From assembly GCA_016735295.1 (NCBI GenBank), contig JAERRU010000015.1:3029-67028 (forward strand): a stretch of 64,000 bases of DNA, read 5' to 3'. The notes beneath the pieces are model-generated. The model was not told the DNA's origin. It was given only the letters and a program-made list of their open reading frames with translations, and did not search any database. Shown here piece after piece: positions 1 through 9,817 of this stretch. Made by a program: the position numbers and the translations under genes. This DNA is from SAR324 cluster bacterium (lineage in GTDB: Bacteria; SAR324; XYD2-FULL-50-16; JAERRU01). Position 1 is the first letter of the stretch. Each line of letters starts with the position of its first letter.

Positions 1-588
1 ATATGACATTATTAACACATCAGTAAATCCATGATTATCTAACTCTCGGCGAATAAAAGCCACTCGCCCATCCATCATATCAGAAGGAGCCACAATATCA
101 GCTCCTGCCTCGGCTTGCGCCACCGCCATATCGGCTAATAAAGGCAGAGTTTCATCATTCAAAATTATACTTCCTTCCAACACCCCATCGTGACCATGAT
201 CAGTATAAGGATCTAACGCTACATCTGTTGCTATAGTTATTTCAGGGAAATTAGATTTTATCTTTTTGATTATCTCAAAATAATAAAAATCTCTATCCCG
301 AGATAAAGATCCATACTTATCTTTTTTATCGGCATCTACTAACGGAAATAATAATATGGTAGAAATATTAAATTTTAATAACTCTTCTATATGAATCAAT
401 AAAGCGGTTAATGAATAGCTAAAAATTCCTGGCATAGAAGCTATCTCTTGCTTGCCTTTTCGCTTATCTGTTACAAAAATTGGTTGGATAAATTCAGTTG
501 CACTTAAAGTATTTTCAGCCACTAAATCCCTTATTGACGGTGATTTTCTAACTCGTCTGAGTCTATGTGTAAGGCTTTGCTTTTTCAT
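1..588 (-). CDS. hemB: Porphobilinogen synthase (delta-aminolevulinate dehydratase), partial; 3' end is outside the window
   Basis: Manual translation from the ATG at 588: MKKQSLTHRLRRVRKSPSIRDLVAE...DVALDPYTDHGHDG...GADIVAPSDMMDGR. Confidence 0.93.
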   Translation of the reverse strand, partial: MKKQSLTHRLRRVRKSPSIRDLVAENTLSATEFIQPIFVTDKRKGKQEIASMPGIFSYSLTALLIHIEELLKFNISTILLFPLVDADKKDKYGSLSRDRDFYYFEIIKKIKSNFPEITIATDVALDPYTDHGHDGVLEGSIILNDETLPLLADMAVAQAEAGADIVAPSDMMDGRVAFIRRELDNHGFTDVLIMSY

Positions 589-895
589 TTTTTTATCCAA
601 ATTAAATATTAATTTTATACTCACAAAATAACTATAACAATCATTATAGAAACTATGAAAGGAAATTATTATTATTTAACCAAAAAGCAGCCTTCCTAAA
701 TTACTTATTTGAGAAATAAATATATTTGCTATGATAGACCTAGTTGATGTGTATTTGATATATTTGGACTTATTGGACTTAGGTTAGCTCATTATATCCA
801 GCCGATGAAAAATCAGCTAGACCAACTACTAATATTTTAGGTATAATCATTATTAAAAATAATGTCAACATAATTTTATTGTTATTGCCATAATT

Positions 896-1738
896 CTAAA
901 AAGCAATATTGATCCACCGACATATTTGAAAAGTTAGTGAAGTGCTATTTAGGGTATAAAAATGAAAATGATTAACCCCATTATCAATTAATCTTGTTAC
1001 CTGGTGGCTCAACACATTCATCGCTAAAAGATTGTGGTGTAATGATTGATGGCTCATATCAGCAAACATCTCATGCAAAAAATTAGGCACATTAGCCTGG
1101 CACCGCCTAGCGAAAATAAGTAACTTGTCAAAATTTAAAATAGGCAACAATCCCGGCACAATTTCCACCCTTATCCCCGCCAAGTAAGCCTTATCGCGAA
1201 ATCTTAAAAATACATCAGGGTCAAAAAAAAATTGAGTTATTACTCGGTTAGCCCCCTGATCCACCTTCATTTTAAGATTTTCAATATCCGCCGCCAAGCT
1301 AGTAGCCTTAGGGTGCTTTTCCGGATAACCGGCTACTGATATATCAAAATCTCCTTCTTGTTTTAAAATTTTCACCACTTGAGCAGCATCTTTTATTTCT
1401 TGACCAGAAAAGTCTCCATTTTCCAAGTCTCCTCGCAAAGCCACCACCCTTTTAATCCCTGATGCATAATAGTCTCTAGCCAATTCCCGTAAACTATTAA
1501 CCGTTTGATTAATGCTAACTATATGAGCAACCGCTTCTATATTAGTATTTCGCTTAATCTTTAAAGTAAGCTCCTTAGTGCTTCCATTAGCTTGCGATTC
1601 TCCACTGCTAGTAACCGAAAAATAAGCCGGTGATAACGTTTTGAGCTCTGATATTGATTGCCAAAATCTTATTTGAGCTTGCTTAGTTTTTGCGGGAAAA
1701 ACCTCTAAACTAAAGCTTATCTTAGATTTTTTTTTCAT
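896..1738 (-). CDS. metF: 5,10-methylenetetrahydrofolate reductase
   Basis: SLEVFP, ALRGD, VAGYPEKHP, ITQFFFD and HFYTLN motifs; adjacent to metE. Confidence 0.95.
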   Translation of the reverse strand: MKKKSKISFSLEVFPAKTKQAQIRFWQSISELKTLSPAYFSVTSSGESQANGSTKELTLKIKRNTNIEAVAHIVSINQTVNSLRELARDYYASGIKRVVALRGDLENGDFSGQEIKDAAQVVKILKQEGDFDISVAGYPEKHPKATSLAADIENLKMKVDQGANRVITQFFFDPDVFLRFRDKAYLAGIRVEIVPGLLPILNFDKLLIFARRCQANVPNFLHEMFADMSHQSLHHNLLAMNVLSHQVTRLIDNGVNHFHFYTLNSTSLTFQICRWINIAF

Positions 1739-1774
1739 TATATGGCTAATAATATCACCAAATTTACCACTATT

Positions 1775-4072
1775 CTAACACAGCTCGCGCATAGTTTTTG
1801 CTGCTTGCACCATATTTTCTAATGATTTTTCAACTTCTGGCCAATTCCTAGTTTTTAACCCACAATCAGGATTTACCCACAACTTCTCATGATCAATAAG
1901 TTGGCTCGCCTTTTTTAATAAATCAACCATCTCCTTTGTAGAAGGCACATTAGGTGAATGAATATCATAAACTCCAGGGCCTATATCATTTGGATATTTA
2001 AAATTTTGTAACCCGCCAATCAACTCAAAACCAGAGCGTGACGCCTCTATTGAAATCACATCTGCGTCCATTTTAGCAATCGCGTCCATTATATCATTAA
2101 ACTCGCTATAACACATATGAGTATGTATTTGCGTTTCATCTCTCACTCCTGATGAGGCCACTTGAAATGCTCCTACCGCCCAATCAAAATAATCTTTCCA
2201 TTCACTATTTTTTAACGGCATACCCTCTCTAAAAGCAGGTTCATCTATTTGAATTATTTGAATACCCGCTTTTTCCAAATCTAATGTTTCCTCTTTAATA
2301 GCTAATGCCAATTGCAAAGCTACCTCCCTTTGTGTTAAATCATCTCTCACAAACGACCACCGCAACATAGTAATAGGCCCAGTTAACATGCCTTTAACTA
2401 TTTTATTGGCGTCAAGCTTGCTCTTTGCGTATGCACTCCACTTGATAGTAATTTCATTTGGTCGGGAAATATCACCATAAATAATCGGTGGTTTCACACA
2501 CCGAGAACCATAGCTTTGCACCCAGCCATATGTAGAAAATGCAAATCCCGCCATCTGCTCACCAAAATATTCAACCATATCATTCCTTTCCGGCTCTCCA
2601 TGCACTAAAACATCTAATCCTATCTTAAGTTGCTTTTGTATTACCTTATCTATCTCCTCTTTTATTTTGTTTTCATATTCCACCAAACTCATTTGCGATG
2701 ATTTATATAACCGCCGATATTTTCTTATTTGAGCAGTTTGCGGAAATGAGCCTATCGTGGTAGTAGGAAATAAAGGTAAATTTAGATTATCCTTTTGCTG
2801 TATTCTACGCTTAGCAAAGCTAGATTTTCGTTTATAATCAGATTCATCCAACCCAGCCACCTTGCCCCGCACTTGTTGATTAATTACCTTCATTGACGCC
2901 TGCTTAACGGATAAAATTTCTTGACGCTCCTTTAATATATTAATAAATTCTTCCCCCTTTCCATCAATAAGCCCCAATCTTATTTGATTAAGCTCTGCTA
3001 ATTTTTGCACACTAAAAGCTAGCCAAGATTTAACATCACTATCCATTTTTTCTTCAAGAGTAGCATCAACTGGCACATGCAATAAAGAACAACTAGGGGC
3101 TAGCCACAAATTTTGCCCCCGCCTTAAATAAGCCCCTCTTAGCATTTCTACCGACGCTGCTATATCATTTATCCAAATATTACCACCATCCACAATGCCC
3201 GCAGATAATATTTTATCTTTAGCTAGCTTTTGCTCAACATAGCTAAAATCACTTTTCCCTTTAATCAAATCTAAATGTAGACCACCTACCGGCAAAGATA
3301 TGGCTAGATCGCGATTTTCCCCTAGCTTATCAAAATAATTAGCTAGTAAAATATTTTTACCTGCCCCACTCTCATTAAATGCCGAGTACGCATCCTTTAT
3401 CGCCTCTTGCCAATTTTCATCTAATTCCATTGATAAAATAGGTTCATCTAATTCAATCCACTCCACCCCTTGGGCTAATAGTTTGCTCAATATTTCCTGA
3501 TATACATTTAATAAAGGCTTTAACAGGCTTAATTTATCAAAATCATCCCCCTTCACCTTGCCTAGCCATAAATAGCTAACTGGGCCAATAAATACCGGTT
3601 TTGCCTTAAATCCAGCTTTATGTGCTTCTGCTACTTCATCAAATAAGCTCGAAAAACTTAACTCAAATTTCTGATTTTTTGTGAATTCAGGTACTATATA
3701 ATGGTAATTAGTATCAAACCATTTTGTCATTTCAGAGGCACTTTCTTCAATTCCTCTTGCTGATCTGCCTCTGGCCATTAAAAACATATCATCTAAAGTA
3801 ATATTTTTTCGATCTATGCTAGAAAATCTTGAAGGAATTACTCCCAAAGTTAATGAGGCATTTAATATGTGATCATAATAATTAAAATCACCTACTGGCA
3901 CATAATCTAACCCACTATTATTTTGTAATTGCCAATTATTTAATCTTAGCTCTTTGCCTAGTTTTTCTAATTTTTCAAGCGATATGTTACCACTCCAATA
4001 GCTTTCTATCGCCTTTTTCCATTCTCGATTTTTACCTATTTTGGGAAAGCCTAGGGAATGTAGTTTTATCAT
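1775..4072 (-). CDS. metE: Cobalamin-independent methionine synthase
   Basis: KWFDTNYHYIVPE, HGEPERNDMVEYF, HTHMCYSEF and WVNPDCGLKTR motifs. Confidence 0.98.
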   Translation of the reverse strand: MIKLHSLGFPKIGKNREWKKAIESYWSGNISLEKLEKLGKELRLNNWQLQNNSGLDYVPVGDFNYYDHILNASLTLGVIPSRFSSIDRKNITLDDMFLMARGRSARGIEESASEMTKWFDTNYHYIVPEFTKNQKFELSFSSLFDEVAEAHKAGFKAKPVFIGPVSYLWLGKVKGDDFDKLSLLKPLLNVYQEILSKLLAQGVEWIELDEPILSMELDENWQEAIKDAYSAFNESGAGKNILLANYFDKLGENRDLAISLPVGGLHLDLIKGKSDFSYVEQKLAKDKILSAGIVDGGNIWINDIAASVEMLRGAYLRRGQNLWLAPSCSLLHVPVDATLEEKMDSDVKSWLAFSVQKLAELNQIRLGLIDGKGEEFINILKERQEILSVKQASMKVINQQVRGKVAGLDESDYKRKSSFAKRRIQQKDNLNLPLFPTTTIGSFPQTAQIRKYRRLYKSSQMSLVEYENKIKEEIDKVIQKQLKIGLDVLVHGEPERNDMVEYFGEQMAGFAFSTYGWVQSYGSRCVKPPIIYGDISRPNEITIKWSAYAKSKLDANKIVKGMLTGPITMLRWSFVRDDLTQREVALQLALAIKEETLDLEKAGIQIIQIDEPAFREGMPLKNSEWKDYFDWAVGAFQVASSGVRDETQIHTHMCYSEFNDIMDAIAKMDADVISIEASRSGFELIGGLQNFKYPNDIGPGVYDIHSPNVPSTKEMVDLLKKASQLIDHEKLWVNPDCGLKTRNWPEVEKSLENMVQAAKTMRELC

Positions 4073-4347
4073 GATATTCTTTTAATATGATATTATTATG
4101 TATGCTTAATAAATAAAATAAATCTAAACATTTTGCTCAACAAAGTAGTCTGGCATTCTTACAAAATAAATCACAAAAGACAATCATATTATTTCTTATA
4201 TTACAAAAAAATAACCCTTCCCAAAATATTATAAATAAAGCTTTCGCTTACTAAAATGATAAATCAGTATTATTATGAGATAATATGAATGAGGATATTT
4301 GGCGATATTTGGCGAAAGCTAATAAAAAAATAAATAGTTATATTCCT

Positions 4348-6090
4348 TTAAAAACTAGCCTTTCTTAAAATTATTTGCCAATTATGAGCGACTGGCCCTA
4401 AAATTATACCTTTTGCTTGACTAGATTGAGCCACCTTGTTTATTTTAGTAAGATAAATATTTAAGCTACTAGCCATCTTGATATCATCGCTATAGGCAGC
4501 CTTTAAAAGCAACGTTTGCTTATCTTTCATCTCATCGCTAATTATTTGAGCTGCATTTTGATAATTTTTGAATAATATCCCCGCTGATCGGGAAGTGCCT
4601 TTACCAACAATATTATGCTCACCAAGAACAAAAAAATCTACTGGTAAACCAATTATCTGTTTATAACTAATCGCATGCTTATACAATGATATAGAAACAG
4701 AATTTACCAATTCTGGAAAAATCTCTATACCCACATCCAACAAGGGATAATCAGCCTTAATTCTTTGCACCATCTTAAGCAGTAAAAGATGGATTTTTGA
4801 TACTTTCCACCGACTAAAATATACCAAATTATGACTAACCTTTTGGTTAACAGCAAAATTGCCATTTATCAACTTTTCAGAAATATCTAAGGGCGAAAAA
4901 TTATGCTCACTCTTTGCGTTATACGCAATTAAATTAATATCAGATAACCCTTCATTGATACTAAAAACATAATCATCATCTATAATAATGCCATCTATAT
5001 CGTATTTTGCTATCTCTCCCACTAAAGATAGTAAATATTCTAAACTATTATCGTGCAGTAAATTTAACTTTAAATTGTAATTAGTCTTCTTTCTAATAGG
5101 ATCCCACGTTTGATCCATTAATTCTGAATAGCTAAAGTTAAGCCAGCTATGATCTCGCATCGGTAATTTAATATATAAACTCAACCCCACATCTTTAACT
5201 ATAGAAACAAAGGTTTTGAATGTATTATTAACACTATTGATGTGCTGGCTAGCAAACAACGTTCCCCCGCCCGAATTTGAATGAGTGAATGGAACCAAAT
5301 TGTGTGGTGGATTTTGAAAAGGTGTAAATATAACCCTCTTTAAATTATACTGCTTTAATTGCCCCAAATGCTCCCTAAAATCAATCCACGAATCAAAATT
5401 AAGCTCGCTTATCTCAATTGTGCCTTGCTTTAAAAATTTCCTATCGAAAAGCTCGTGATGAAAAAATTCATCTCTCATCTTTTCTACTTGATTAGTAAAT
5501 TGGGACTCAGGATAACTTTCTAAAAATGCATCACTAAATTTTAAAAATTTAATCTGGTTTCGCTCACGAAATAATCTTAATATAGCAAAAAACATCTTTT
5601 GCTCAGTAGTTTCTCCTATTAATTCATCGGCTACAATCAATTTATCTGCGCCTTCATCATCAATCAATAAATTATCATCACCAAAATTAACCGCCCCTAA
5701 CTCTCCCCCCGTATCCAAATAATCAGCCCCCCCTAAACCAATCAGGCCGTTATTAACTAAAGAATCTTGATTATCCGTTAAATCATCGGCTAAATCATCG
5801 ACTAAATCTTCTTCCAAGCCTTCGTCCAAGCCCTCCTCAGCTAAATCACTCGCTTCACCATCTGTCTCATTTCCTTGCTCAACTCCATCTTTATCATCAT
5901 CAACTCCTTCAATTACTTCCTCAGGTACATCATTATCATCATCAATGATAATTTCTGAAAATTGATCGTCGGCTGGTTTATCGTAATTTTGTGCGTAATA
6001 ATGTCTCTCTTCTAAGGGAACCTTAGATACGCACCCAGCCAGAATTGATACTACTGTTACTATCGCTATTTTTAAAAATTTATCGCCCAT
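4348..6090 (-). CDS. Lipoprotein with an acidic disordered N-region and a PgaB C-terminal-like (GHL13/GH153-type) TIM-barrel domain
   Basis: Lipobox ILAGC; D/E-rich segment; EIAKYDIDGIIIDDD and FSRWK resemble the PgaB/HmsF C-terminal glycoside-hydrolase-like domain. Confidence 0.55.
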   Translation of the reverse strand: MGDKFLKIAIVTVVSILAGCVSKVPLEERHYYAQNYDKPADDQFSEIIIDDDNDVPEEVIEGVDDDKDGVEQGNETDGEASDLAEEGLDEGLEEDLVDDLADDLTDNQDSLVNNGLIGLGGADYLDTGGELGAVNFGDDNLLIDDEGADKLIVADELIGETTEQKMFFAILRLFRERNQIKFLKFSDAFLESYPESQFTNQVEKMRDEFFHHELFDRKFLKQGTIEISELNFDSWIDFREHLGQLKQYNLKRVIFTPFQNPPHNLVPFTHSNSGGGTLFASQHINSVNNTFKTFVSIVKDVGLSLYIKLPMRDHSWLNFSYSELMDQTWDPIRKKTNYNLKLNLLHDNSLEYLLSLVGEIAKYDIDGIIIDDDYVFSINEGLSDINLIAYNAKSEHNFSPLDISEKLINGNFAVNQKVSHNLVYFSRWKVSKIHLLLLKMVQRIKADYPLLDVGIEIFPELVNSVSISLYKHAISYKQIIGLPVDFFVLGEHNIVGKGTSRSAGILFKNYQNAAQIISDEMKDKQTLLLKAAYSDDIKMASSLNIYLTKINKVAQSSQAKGIILGPVAHNWQIILRKASF

Positions 6091-6249
6091 CTTGATAATT
6101 TAGCTATCGCTGGTGTTATGCAAAATCTATTATTTCTTTGTTATCTCTGGAAAACATAATATTATCATTATGCAAGCATTGTGCGAATTTAATACTATAT
6201 TATTATAATAACTAGTGAGCAAAAAAACGCTTAGCACTTAACTTATCAA

Positions 6250-7638
6250 TTATATATTACGACTCTGCCATATTTTTAAAAAATCACCCAACAAATAAAG
6301 TGATCCTGTGATTACTAAAAGAGCAAATTCTTTGTATTTATCCTTTTTGATAGACTTCACAAACTCGGCTAACTCAAGAGGCTTATTGGTAGTTAGTTTA
6401 TGGGCTTCTAACTCCTTTTTGATAATATCAGCTGGTTTTGCTCTTTGGTTAGCCAATTTTAATGGTTGATAGGTGATTTTATGAAAATTATATTTATTAT
6501 ATGACAAACTCAAGCTCTTATCTTCCATCCAACATGTAGCTAGTAAAATTTTTTGTGATGAATGCTTATCCTTTAAATATTGAAATAAAGATTCAATCCC
6601 ACTATCATTATGGGCAGCGTCAATCAATATAGCAGGCTTTTGAGAAATATATTCAAGTCGTCCAGGCCAGTCTATTTTTTTTAAAGTTTTCCTAATTTGA
6701 GACGCTCCTAGATAGCCCTTAGCCCCTACTAAATAATAATAGATCGCTAAAGCAGTAGCCGTATTTTGCCATTGATAAGCTCCTACTAGCTTTAGGCTTT
6801 TCAGCTCACACTGCTGGCTAATTTGTTGATTATTATCAATCGATTTTTTAAAATTAGTATAGAATATTTTTTTATTGTGATCCCCGTCATGAATATATTT
6901 ATAACCAAAATCTTTTCCATAATAATAAAAATCTTTCCTAACCGAATGCTCCCTAATAGCTTTTAGCACCTCAGGCGATTGTTTAGCGATAAAACAAGGA
7001 GCACCAGTTTTTACTATACCTAGCTTTTCTTTAGTTATCAAAGCTAAACTATTTCCTAAATACTTTTGATGATCATAAGATATACTAGTAATCGCCACCA
7101 AATGGGGCACCACCACGTTAGTGGCATCTAGACGGCCGCCCAAGCCAGTTTCTACCAACATATAATCAACTTTTTTAAGCTTCGCCCAAACAAAAAACAT
7201 CGCTATTTGAGCCTCAAAAAAGGTTGGTCTTATCTGCCACCTTTTAGGAAGATGGCAATTATCATCATTGATGGAGCAAGCTTGCCAAACCCTACCTAAA
7301 ACAAATGATAATTCTTGATTATTAATAGATTTGCCTTGATAACGAAATCTTTCATTAAATTCAATTAAGTGCGGGGAAACGGTGCTAGCTACTCTATATC
7401 CAGCAGCGATTAACAAAGATTCTAAAGTAATAATGCTTGAACCCTTGCCATTAGTGCCCGCAAAATGAATAATTAAAGTGCCTTGGTGGGGATTATCTAG
7501 CTTAGCCAAAAGACGCTTAATGGTGCTTAACCCTAACTTAATATTAAATGCTCCTAAATTATAGAGAAAATCTATCCCTAATTTAGTATTAGTTTTGGTA
7601 TTAGCATTAGCATTAATTTTAGCCACCTCGTCTAGCAT
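6250..7638 (-). CDS. folC: Folylpolyglutamate synthase/dihydrofolate synthase
   Basis: AGTNGKGS, ETGLGGRLDATNV, WPGRLE and DAAHN motifs. Confidence 0.95.
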   Translation of the reverse strand: MLDEVAKINANANTKTNTKLGIDFLYNLGAFNIKLGLSTIKRLLAKLDNPHQGTLIIHFAGTNGKGSSIITLESLLIAAGYRVASTVSPHLIEFNERFRYQGKSINNQELSFVLGRVWQACSINDDNCHLPKRWQIRPTFFEAQIAMFFVWAKLKKVDYMLVETGLGGRLDATNVVVPHLVAITSISYDHQKYLGNSLALITKEKLGIVKTGAPCFIAKQSPEVLKAIREHSVRKDFYYYGKDFGYKYIHDGDHNKKIFYTNFKKSIDNNQQISQQCELKSLKLVGAYQWQNTATALAIYYYLVGAKGYLGASQIRKTLKKIDWPGRLEYISQKPAILIDAAHNDSGIESLFQYLKDKHSSQKILLATCWMEDKSLSLSYNKYNFHKITYQPLKLANQRAKPADIIKKELEAHKLTTNKPLELAEFVKSIKKDKYKEFALLVITGSLYLLGDFLKIWQSRNI

Positions 7639-7670
7639 GGTAATATTATCTAGTAGTATTATGCTATTAG

Positions 7671-8696
7671 CTACTCCTTTTTTAGGGGCCTACTCATCAA
7701 GCTAATCAAAATTTTATCAACCGATTTATTTTCATAAAGAAGGCTATAGACCGCCATTATTAAAGGAGTATCAATATTATGTTTATGGGCTAACTGTTGC
7801 AATAACTTAGTCGCAAAATAGCCCTCAGGCACAGAGCGCCCCATTAGCTCCAATGCTCGAGAAACCGATCCTTGCTCAGTAATAAGCTTACCCAATCTGC
7901 AATTATGGCTGCTTTGGCTGCTATAACAAGTTAACACCAAATCACCAAGCCCGCTCAATCCATAAATTGTGCTAGGATTTACCTTAAAAATCTTTCCTAA
8001 TCTGGTTATTTCAGTTAAGCCTCTTGTCACTAAAATAGCCCTTAACTCATCATTTAATTTAGCCCCTTCAATAACTCCAGCCGCTATGGCAAACACATTT
8101 TTAACTGCTCCTAAAAACGCTACTCCCTTGACATCACTACTTAAATATAACCTTAAACTAGCCGAGCTCAACTTTTCTTGCAAAATCAACGCTAGCTTAT
8201 TATCTTTTCCCGCTAAAGTCTCTGATGCTATCGCCCCCTTACCCAGCAAACCATCAGGAAAGCAGGGACCTCCTAAATGAAAATAACTATTTTTAGGAAA
8301 AATATCGCTTACCAATTCAGGAATTAGCTGTAATTTCTTACCCACCATGCCCTTACTTATGCCTATAATAATAGTTTTAGGGGAAAGATTAGTTATATTA
8401 GCCAACTCATCTTCTAAAAATGGAGTTGGTATAGCAATAACTATCAAATCCTGATCAGCTACCGCCCTATTAATATCACTATAAACATTTATCGGTTTAG
8501 CAAAGGAATAATTGGGTAAATAAGAAGAATATCCAAAACCTTTTATTTGCCTTACGCTATCCTCACCATAAGAATACAGAGTTACTGAAAAATTTAATCG
8601 CTGAAGATAAATAGCAAAAGCACTTCCCCACCGCCCAGCTCCTAAGACTGCTACTTTATTATATTTATTATCATTATTATTATCTCTATGCACCAC
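7671..8696 (-). CDS. gpsA: NAD(P)H-dependent glycerol-3-phosphate dehydrogenase
   Basis: GAGRWG, SKG, GAVKNVFAIAAG and GLSGLGDLVLTC motifs. Confidence 0.95.
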   Translation of the reverse strand: MVHRDNNNDNKYNKVAVLGAGRWGSAFAIYLQRLNFSVTLYSYGEDSVRQIKGFGYSSYLPNYSFAKPINVYSDINRAVADQDLIVIAIPTPFLEDELANITNLSPKTIIIGISKGMVGKKLQLIPELVSDIFPKNSYFHLGGPCFPDGLLGKGAIASETLAGKDNKLALILQEKLSSASLRLYLSSDVKGVAFLGAVKNVFAIAAGVIEGAKLNDELRAILVTRGLTEITRLGKIFKVNPSTIYGLSGLGDLVLTCYSSQSSHNCRLGKLITEQGSVSRALELMGRSVPEGYFATKLLQQLAHKHNIDTPLIMAVYSLLYENKSVDKILISLMSRPLKKE

Positions 8697-8764
8697 AATC
8701 TACCTTTATTATGCTGCATCTCAAAACAGGCATATCAACAGCCTTAACTATCATGCATGATAAT

Positions 8765-9532
8765 TTATTCGCGTCTATCTTCTCCCCCTTTGCGTCTATC
8801 ATCTTTGTGTGTTCTCCTATCGTTTTTATATTTTCGCCTCTCATCTTGTTTATTTAGGTCTTTATCATCGGTATGGGTTCTTCTATCGTTTTCATGCCTT
8901 CTCCTATCGTGATAATTATTTTGTTCACTATTCTCATTATCTTCATCCATCATCAATTCTTGGCGGCTACTAACAACTTTATCAATTAAACCATATTTTA
9001 GGGCCTCTTTAGCGCTAAACCAGTTATCTCGATCCATATCTTTCAAAATTTTGTCTATTTTTTTACCAGTCACACTTTTATAAATTTTGGCTATCTGGTG
9101 CCTCACTTTAATTATTTGTTGTGATCTTATCTCAATATCACTCGCTGGGGCTTGCATATTGCCTGATAGAGATGGTTGATGGATCATAATTCTGGCACTA
9201 GGCAAAGCAAATTTTCTACCCTTATCGCCGGTTAAAGAAATGATAGAGCCCATGCTAGCTGATAAGCCCATCACTAAAGTTGTGATTGGACAGGTGATTA
9301 AATTAAGCATATCAAAAATAGCAAATCCGCTATAAACATCACCACCTGGTGAATTAATCATTACTAGCACCCTTTTATTAGGATTATCATTTTCTAAAAT
9401 TAAGATATCTTTAATCACCCGATCAGCTAATTTATCATCAACCGGTTTTGATATTATGATAGTGCGTGTTTCTAATAAAAACTTATCTTCAGATTTATTA
9501 GCATTTTTACACTGCTTAGTATGTTTTGTCAT
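8765..9532 (-). CDS. clpP: ATP-dependent Clp protease proteolytic subunit with a charged (D/E)RR-repeat C-terminal extension
   Basis: INSPGG, SASMGS (catalytic Ser), IMIHQP, DRDNW and YGLIDKV motifs. Confidence 0.93.
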   Translation of the reverse strand: MTKHTKQCKNANKSEDKFLLETRTIIISKPVDDKLADRVIKDILILENDNPNKRVLVMINSPGGDVYSGFAIFDMLNLITCPITTLVMGLSASMGSIISLTGDKGRKFALPSARIMIHQPSLSGNMQAPASDIEIRSQQIIKVRHQIAKIYKSVTGKKIDKILKDMDRDNWFSAKEALKYGLIDKVVSSRQELMMDEDNENSEQNNYHDRRRHENDRRTHTDDKDLNKQDERRKYKNDRRTHKDDRRKGGEDRRE

Positions 9533-9817
9533 TGCAAAATAAATTAAAGGTTGTTAGTTGATACTGCTAGGCTATTAAGTATACACAATGTTTAGTTAAC
9601 TTGACGATATATACTTTATTTTTATTATCTGATTTGATAATATGTTTTACTAATGTAGCTTTCTGTCAGAAAATAATAATATTACTATAAATGATAATAG
9701 CTATTTAACGCAAATTTTTTAAAATATTTATTTTATCGCTATAGATATTTATCACGTTTTATGTGCAATATAATCTGATTAGTAATTGCGATTTACAGTA
9801 TTTTATAGATTTATGCA

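Noticed and set aside
4073..4347. SAM or cobalamin riboswitch upstream of metE
   Set aside because: The spacer is extremely AT-rich with no recognisable conserved aptamer core
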